IMG/VR virus record: IMGVR_UViG_2529292873_000015
From: a virus
Lineage: Duplodnaviria > Heunggongvirae > Uroviricota > Caudoviricetes
Strand: one strand, 5' to 3'
Length of the DNA stretch: 4,155 nt
Below the pieces are notes generated by a model. The model did no database searches. It saw only the letters and a list, made by a program, of their open reading frames with translations, and had not been told where the DNA came from. A program made the position numbers and the translations under genes. Of this stretch, positions 1 to 4,155 are shown one piece after another. Position 1 is the first letter of the stretch. The number at the start of each line of letters is the position of its first letter.

Positions 1-71
1 GCACCAATCCCGGCCACATAGGGAATGCCGTCTTCGTTTTTTGAACCTTCAGCATGTACAGCGCAGCCAGG
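1..71 (-). pseudogene. In-frame continuation of gpJ-like coding sequence downstream of the tandem stop (orphaned C-terminal J segment, runs off the window start)
   Basis: Minus-strand translation in the same frame as J, directly after TGA-TGA, reads PGCAVHAEGSKNEDGIPYVAGIG with no further stop to position 1. This aligns with the lambda gpJ segment ...[21 protein letters not shown] at the expected position. There is no in-frame ATG with an SD in this stretch to restart translation. Confidence 0.45.
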
Positions 72-74
72 TCA

Positions 75-2726
75 TCATTTGTGTCCTTCTGCACGCGCTG
101 TATCTGCTGAATGGTTGGCGCTCTGGTCTTCCAGCGTTTTACTGACCGTCTGTGTGATTTCATTGCGGGTTTCCGTGATGCTGGTCTTCATCTCCGCCAT
201 CTCATCTGCAAGCTGGCTGTTATCTATCAGTTCCCACACCCCCTGAGCCAGATGCAGTTTTCCTATTTTTTCCCGAAACAGCCCCAGATACCCTTCTGCA
301 TCATTGCTGGCCCGGCCACTGGCTTCCACAAAAGCAGATTTCCCCACCAGGTTGACGCTGCGCACGTAAAACCAGAAATCCTTCCCGGGCTTAATGTGCG
401 GGCCGGATACACTCCAGTACAGCCCCGTGCCAAGGTAGCGGGCTGTGGTTTCAACCTGCCTGATATCGGTAATCCGCGTTTCCGAAAACCAGAACTCAAA
501 CTGTACCGTCGGGTCATACACCGCAAGACGCGGGACCGCTGTTATCTGAAAATAGCCCGGTGTCAGCTCAATCTGTGACGGCGCTGCCGGTGCGGCAATC
601 CGGAACGATACCGACGCCGGATCGCCCTGCTGCCCCCACGCATTTACCGCCCGGACTGTCAGCCTGTAGTTCCCCGGCGCCAGTTGCGTGAAGCGGTATG
701 TGGTTTCCGTCGTCCGGGCCGTGCTGACCAGCCGCTCACTGCCGTCATCCGCGGCCACGGTCAGGCGAAGCATAAAGCTCACGCCCTTCACCACCTTCGG
801 CGTGTCCCATTTCGCCTGCGCCAGATACTGACCGTCAGCTGCGCTCACCTCCACCGTCAGGTGCTGCACTGCCGGAGGGATGACGCTGTTCAGGGTGCCT
901 GACTGCGGCTCAAAGCGGGCACCGTTATCCACGATGGCTTCTTTTTCCGGTACGTGCTGCACCGCCGTGATGGCAAAGGTGCCGTCCGTGTTTTCCCGGA
1001 CGGAGACACAGCGGAACAGGCGACGGCGCAGTGACGGCAGGGATAGTCCCCATACACCGTATGTCTCCACACCATCAGGCAGGGTGCTGACCTGTATCCG
1101 GTCCGGCGCGGGGTGTGCGGTGATGTCCACACTCACCGGCTTACCGCTGCCGTTAATCAGGTTCACCGTGGCGGCACCTGTCTCCGGCAGGGTCACCTCA
1201 CGGTCCAGCGTCAGGGTGCGGCTGGCGGCATCGATGGACAGGACACGTCCGCCGGTCATGGTCCCGGCATAGTCGTTATCACAGATTTCAATAATGTCAC
1301 CGGGTGTGTGACGCAGCCCCTGTGACCCGAGCGTGAAATCCACCGTCTGCGTTTCCAGCAGTCCGGTCTTTATCACCCACAGCCCGGCACGGTGGGCCTG
1401 ACCGCGACTGGTGCAGCCGAACGCATCCATCTTCAGCAGGTTGCGCCCGTAGCGCAGTATGGCTTCCGGGTCTTCCACCAGTTCCGTGGAAGTCTGCCAG
1501 CCGTTCTGCGGGTCGGTGTAATTCACCTCCACCGCCGTGTGGCGGTCCTTCAGGGCGCTGAAGCTGTAGCGGAACCCCACGCCGTTATCATCCACCACCA
1601 CATCGCTGTTGGTGTACGGCCACACCACATCCGACGGGCGGTCCTGAACGAACGTCAGCGTCTGGCCGTTCCATACCGGCATACAGCGCATCGCCGAGCA
1701 GAAATCACTGAGCACATCCCATGCCTTACGCTGTTGTGACAGGTACGCATTAAAGGTCATCCGCGGCTCGGTCCCCCCGAAACCATCCGGCACCGTCTGG
1801 TCGCAGTACTGCGCAATGGCATACAGCGCCCACTTGTCCACATCCGCCGCCCCCAGACGTTTTCCCATTCCGTAGCGCGGGTGGGTCAGCATGTCCCACA
1901 GGCACCAGGCCGGGTTATTGCTGTATGCCGGTTTCAGGCTGCCGTCCCAGATACCGCTGTAAGTGCGTTTTTCCGGGTCATAGTTTGACGGTACCTGAAT
2001 GATGCGACCGCGGATATGGTAGTTCACCGTCATCTGCTGGCCACCAAACTGCTCCGCATCCACCTGCAGCCCCACAATCGCCGTGTTCGGGTAGCACTGT
2101 TTCACATCGATGATTTCGGTGTATGACGACCACAGCGTCTTATTCTGCAGCTGGTCCGTGGTGCTGTCCGCCGTCTCCCTGACCATCCGGATGTTAAAGG
2201 GGCGGGGAGGCAGATTATCCAGAATCACCGACGCCAGGTACTGTGAGGTGGTCTTGCCGTTAATGGTGACATCCTTTTCCGTCACCCAGTTACCGTTACG
2301 CTGCAACTGAATCAGCAGTCGGACAGAAGAGGGATTACGGTCGCCCTTTGAGGTGGTCTCCAACAGTGACTGCACCCCGAAGGTGACCCGCAGGCGGTCA
2401 ATGTTCGCGGATGTAATGGTGCGCGTCACCGGCTTTGCCTTCGTCACTTCCACGCCCAGTGCGGTTTCAGCTCCGGAAGACTCAAAGCCTTCAGGTGGTG
2501 TCTGCTCCTGCTCCCCGGCGCGCCAGACCGCTGTCACACCATGTATCACAGGATTACCGTCCGTGTCCGTCAGCGGGGTTTTGTTCACCAGGATACTCTG
2601 CAACCCCTTCACCGGACCTTCAATCGGCCCTTCACCAATGGCATCAATCACGCTCATCATCTGCGTGGACTTAAGATTGTCCTTTGCCTCAACCGGCGTG
2701 TGCGCCCTGCCGCCACCTTTACCCAT
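75..2726 (-). CDS. J: Phage host specificity protein J (lambda gpJ-like tail tip / central tail fibre); 883-aa ORF ending at a tandem stop, shorter than full-length gpJ
   Basis: The 883-aa minus-strand ORF begins [39 protein letters not shown], which is collinear with the lambda gpJ N-terminus as I recall it ([39 protein letters not shown]). Similarity continues through blocks such as [85 protein letters not shown] and [48 protein letters not shown] at 2724..2726 (minus) is preceded by an SD-like GAGAGGA. The ORF ends at TGA 75..77 followed by a second in-frame TGA at 72..74. Confidence 0.9.
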   Translation of the reverse strand: MGKGGGRAHTPVEAKDNLKSTQMMSVIDAIGEGPIEGPVKGLQSILVNKTPLTDTDGNPVIHGVTAVWRAGEQEQTPPEGFESSGAETALGVEVTKAKPVTRTITSANIDRLRVTFGVQSLLETTSKGDRNPSSVRLLIQLQRNGNWVTEKDVTINGKTTSQYLASVILDNLPPRPFNIRMVRETADSTTDQLQNKTLWSSYTEIIDVKQCYPNTAIVGLQVDAEQFGGQQMTVNYHIRGRIIQVPSNYDPEKRTYSGIWDGSLKPAYSNNPAWCLWDMLTHPRYGMGKRLGAADVDKWALYAIAQYCDQTVPDGFGGTEPRMTFNAYLSQQRKAWDVLSDFCSAMRCMPVWNGQTLTFVQDRPSDVVWPYTNSDVVVDDNGVGFRYSFSALKDRHTAVEVNYTDPQNGWQTSTELVEDPEAILRYGRNLLKMDAFGCTSRGQAHRAGLWVIKTGLLETQTVDFTLGSQGLRHTPGDIIEICDNDYAGTMTGGRVLSIDAASRTLTLDREVTLPETGAATVNLINGSGKPVSVDITAHPAPDRIQVSTLPDGVETYGVWGLSLPSLRRRLFRCVSVRENTDGTFAITAVQHVPEKEAIVDNGARFEPQSGTLNSVIPPAVQHLTVEVSAADGQYLAQAKWDTPKVVKGVSFMLRLTVAADDGSERLVSTARTTETTYRFTQLAPGNYRLTVRAVNAWGQQGDPASVSFRIAAPAAPSQIELTPGYFQITAVPRLAVYDPTVQFEFWFSETRITDIRQVETTARYLGTGLYWSVSGPHIKPGKDFWFYVRSVNLVGKSAFVEASGRASNDAEGYLGLFREKIGKLHLAQGVWELIDNSQLADEMAEMKTSITETRNEITQTVSKTLEDQSANHSADTARAEGHK

Positions 2727-2732
2727 AATGTT

Positions 2733-2738
2733 CCTCTC
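2733..2738 (-). promoter_or_regulatory. Shine-Dalgarno sequence for J
   Basis: The minus strand reads 5'-TTGAGAGGAACATT-ATG; the GAGG core lies about 6 nt upstream of the J start codon. Confidence 0.55.
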
Positions 2739-2850
2739 AATTGGTATTATTAATCGCAGTGATAGGATATTGCACAGCTATTGCGCGATATCATCAGAAC
2801 GCTGTTTGTTACCCTGTAACCAGCAAGCTCAGTCTGTTAACGGAATTAAT
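2739..2850 (+). promoter_or_regulatory. AT-rich intergenic region between the J start and sodC, expected to carry the sodC promoter; no confident -35/-10 pair identified
   Basis: This is a non-coding, AT-richer stretch immediately upstream of sodC, with several short palindromes (GTTAC-CCT-GTAAC at 2808..2820, GTTAAC at 2835..2840, GATATC at 2787..2792). Candidate hexamers such as TTGCAC at 2770..2775 and TATCAT at 2789..2794 have non-canonical spacing, so the promoter position is unresolved. Confidence 0.3.
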
Positions 2851-2855
2851 GAGGG
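2851..2855 (+). promoter_or_regulatory. Shine-Dalgarno sequence for sodC
   Basis: GAGGG lies 4 nt upstream of the ATG at 2860 (sequence tgagggttttATG). Confidence 0.5.
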
Positions 2856-2859
2856 TTTT

Positions 2860-3387
2860 ATGAAATGTAAAATCATTGCTGCCATTGCCATGCTGACAGC
2901 AGCATCATGCGGATACGCAGCAGAACAGGAAGTCCCAATGAACCTTGTCAGTGCTGACGGAAAAGAAGTCAGCATTGGAAAAATAACCATTCAGGAGACC
3001 CCCTACGGTCTGCTGTTCACACCAGCCCTTCACTCTCTGTCTGAAGGCATTCATGGTTTTCATGTGCACGAAAAAGGAAATTGCGCCCCGGCACTGAAAG
3101 ACGGAAAACCGGTCGCAGCATTATCGGCTGGCGGTCACTTTGACCCGAAAAACACCGGCAAACATCTTGGCCCCTGGTCTCCGGATGGACACCTGGGCGA
3201 CCTCCCTGCGCTGTTCGTGACGCATGACGGAAAAGCGAACTACCCGGTCCTGGCCCCGAGACTGAACTCATTAAAAGAGATTAAAGGGCGTTCTCTCATG
3301 CTTCATGCTGGCGGTGATAACCATCATGACCATCCGGAGCCCCTGGGCGGTGGTGGTGCGAGAATGGCCTGCGGCATCATTCAATAA
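2860..3387 (+). CDS. sodC: Periplasmic Cu/Zn superoxide dismutase (SodC family), prophage-encoded moron
   Basis: The 175-aa product is [30 protein letters not shown]... It has an N-terminal signal peptide and Cu/Zn-SOD hallmark motifs: GFHVHE (Cu-binding His pair), GGHFDP, KHLGPW...GHLGDLP (Zn/bridging ligands), [21 protein letters not shown], and the disulfide Cys pair (GNCAPA / MACG). It closely resembles E. coli SodC and Salmonella SodCI as I recall them. It is the downstream part of the 344-aa track ORF 2353..3387; the start is placed at 2860 on homology, the signal peptide and the SD. Stop is TAA at 3385..3387. Confidence 0.93.
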   Translation: MKCKIIAAIAMLTAASCGYAAEQEVPMNLVSADGKEVSIGKITIQETPYGLLFTPALHSLSEGIHGFHVHEKGNCAPALKDGKPVAALSAGGHFDPKNTGKHLGPWSPDGHLGDLPALFVTHDGKANYPVLAPRLNSLKEIKGRSLMLHAGGDNHHDHPEPLGGGGARMACGIIQ

Positions 3388-3393
3388 TCAGTC

Positions 3394-3424
3394 AGGTAAG
3401 GGGCGGGCCCCTTACCTTTATTCC
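3394..3424 (+). terminator. Rho-independent terminator of sodC
   Basis: A perfect 10-bp stem, AGGTAAGGGG (3394..3403) paired with CCCCTTACCT (3408..3417), encloses a 4-nt loop (CGGG) and is followed by TTTATTCC, 7 nt after the sodC stop codon. Confidence 0.7.
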
Positions 3425-3534
3425 TCAGGACGATAAATCCTTTCTCCCTGAAAAGAACGGCACATCCTCCCTCTCTGAGTTAATGTTTTTGTCGTGACAT
3501 AAGAATAATTCCTTACACTCAATCTTCGTAACGC

Positions 3535-3573
3535 TCCCGCAGTTCCTGTCCGTGAGCACTGCGGGATTTTTTC
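3535..3573 (+). terminator. Candidate second plus-strand intrinsic terminator (hairpin plus T6 tract) abutting the stop codon of I
   Basis: A 9-bp stem, TCCCGCAGT (3535..3543) paired with ACTGCGGGA (3558..3566), is followed immediately by TTTTTTCGCTTTT. The loop is long (14 nt), which lowers confidence. The T tract is on the plus strand only. Confidence 0.4.
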
Positions 3574-3577
3574 GCTT

Positions 3578-4155
3578 TTATGCCTGCCGCCCGATAACCA
3601 CCACCTTCCCGTCACCGCCTTCATCACGGGTACTGATGTCCCGGGAGATTCGCCGGGAGCCAACCAGCATTTCACCGTAAGGCACCGGCATCGGGTTCCC
3701 CTGGGCAATCATGTTATCCAGCGAGGAAAAGTACGTGTTCTGTCTGCCGTTATCCGTTGCGCGGTAATCCGGTGTTTTTGCCTTCGGGGCCAGCATCTGG
3801 GCCACACCACCCAGTATCATGCTGGCACCCAGTGAAAACAGCATCGTGGTGGCAGAAAAACCGCCGGCACTCAGCGCTGCACCCCAGGCTGCCATCGATG
3901 CTCCGGCCGTGAAGAAAGAGCCCACGATGGCTGCCGCCCCCAGCACAATCTGCAGTCCACCCTTTCCGGCCCCGGCCAGTCGCGGCACAATATGGATGAC
4001 CGCCCCCTCACCCAGAGGTTCGTGAAGACGGGCGTACACCGCCTCCGGTGCCGTGTCCTCACCGCGAATACGTATCTGGTACCAGCCTTCGTTCATCTGA
4101 CGGCGGAATCCCGGCACCTGTAACGACAGCGCCCGGATGGCTTCCGCTGCCGTGT
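3578..4155 (-). CDS. I: Phage tail assembly protein I (lambda gpI-like), 3' portion; 5' end lies beyond the window
   Basis: Minus-strand translation reads ...TAAEAIRALSLQVPGFRRQMNEGWYQIRIRGEDT...AVIHIVPRLAGAGKGGLQIVLGAAAIVGSFFTAGASMAAWGAALSAGG...LGASMILGGVAQMLAPKAKTP...DNGRQNTYFSSLDNMIAQGNPMPVPYGEMLVGSRRISRDISTRDEGGDGKVVVIGRQA*. This is collinear with recalled lambda gpI (...GAEAIRALATQLPAFRQKLSDGWYQVRIAGRDV...QNTYFSSLDNMVAQGN...VVVIGR). The frame is open to the window end at 4155; the track start at 4117 is an internal GTG, not the true start. Stop is TAA at 3578..3580. Confidence 0.88.
   Translation of the reverse strand, partial: TAAEAIRALSLQVPGFRRQMNEGWYQIRIRGEDTAPEAVYARLHEPLGEGAVIHIVPRLAGAGKGGLQIVLGAAAIVGSFFTAGASMAAWGAALSAGGFSATTMLFSLGASMILGGVAQMLAPKAKTPDYRATDNGRQNTYFSSLDNMIAQGNPMPVPYGEMLVGSRRISRDISTRDEGGDGKVVVIGRQA

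Noticed and set aside
72-77. Programmed stop-codon readthrough or selenocysteine recoding at the tandem TGA in J
   Set aside because: No SECIS-like stem-loop is evident immediately downstream, and two consecutive UGA codons argue against efficient recoding. Nonsense inactivation or sequence error is the simpler explanation.
25-2310. Numerous ORFs of 66-155 aa on both strands inside the J coding region (25..246+, 111..578+, 263..526-, 684..902+, 880..1272+, 890..1132-, 1113..1325+, 1392..1739+, 2110..2310+)
   Set aside because: All are fully embedded within the well-supported gpJ-like gene in other frames or antisense. Their products are low-complexity, Arg/Cys/His-rich and typical of out-of-frame translation of GC-rich coding DNA, with no recognisable homology or convincing SD.
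2770-2794. Sigma70-like promoter for sodC (TTGCAC ... TATCAT)
   Set aside because: The spacing between the candidate -35 and -10 hexamers is only about 13 bp, well off the 16-18 bp optimum. Other candidate pairs are equally weak, so no specific promoter is called.
2353-2859. Upstream extension of the sodC ORF (344-aa track ORF starting at 2353) and nested ORFs 2435..2674+ and 2541..2753+
   Set aside because: The extension overlaps the 5' end of J on the opposite strand and has no SOD homology. SodC homology, the signal peptide and the SD all begin at the ATG at 2860.
2860-2940. Possible lipoprotein lipobox (LTAAS-C) in the SodC signal peptide
   Set aside because: Position -3 relative to the Cys is Ala rather than the usual Leu/Val/Ile. 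The predicted signal peptidase I site after GYA yields a mature N-terminus ([10 protein letters not shown]) that aligns with mature E. coli SodC (ASEKVEMNLV), so a standard secreted periplasmic protein is more likely. This cannot be excluded without experiment.
3017-3271. 84-aa ORF antisense to sodC
   Set aside because: It lies entirely inside the strongly supported sodC gene on the opposite strand, and its product is Arg/Gly/Pro-rich with no recognisable features.
3418-3708. 96-aa minus-strand ORF spanning the I 3' end and the I-sodC intergenic region
   Set aside because: It starts inside gene I in a different frame, has no SD, and gives a Cys/Arg-rich product with no homology. It also runs through both terminator hairpins.
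3819-4062. Plus-strand 68-aa ORF and minus-strand 63-aa ORF inside gene I
   Set aside because: Both are antisense or out of frame to the well-supported gpI-like reading frame, with no independent support.
1-4155. CRISPR arrays, IS elements or terminal inverted repeats, tRNA or rRNA genes, att sites
   Set aside because: I found no regularly spaced direct repeats, no transposase-like ORF, and no tRNA-like or rRNA-like sequence. The window is almost entirely tail-gene coding sequence plus the sodC cassette.

Overview
This window is the distal tail-gene region of a lambdoid (lambda-like) enterobacterial prophage, read on the minus strand: the 3' part of tail assembly gene I (3578..4155, start beyond the window), then an ~850-bp insertion, then a gpJ-like host-specificity gene (75..2726). 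The insertion carries a complete, oppositely oriented periplasmic Cu/Zn superoxide dismutase gene (sodC, 2860..3387, + strand) with its own SD and a strong hairpin terminator, i.e. a classic prophage 'moron'. The J ORF stops at a tandem in-frame TGA-TGA (72..77), yet J-like coding sequence continues in the same frame to the window edge, so J looks interrupted and this is probably a decaying or cryptic prophage. I see no rRNA, tRNA, CRISPR array or IS element, and nothing I can support as an undescribed system. All homology statements rest on my recollection of lambda gpJ, gpI and enterobacterial SodC sequences, not on a database search.
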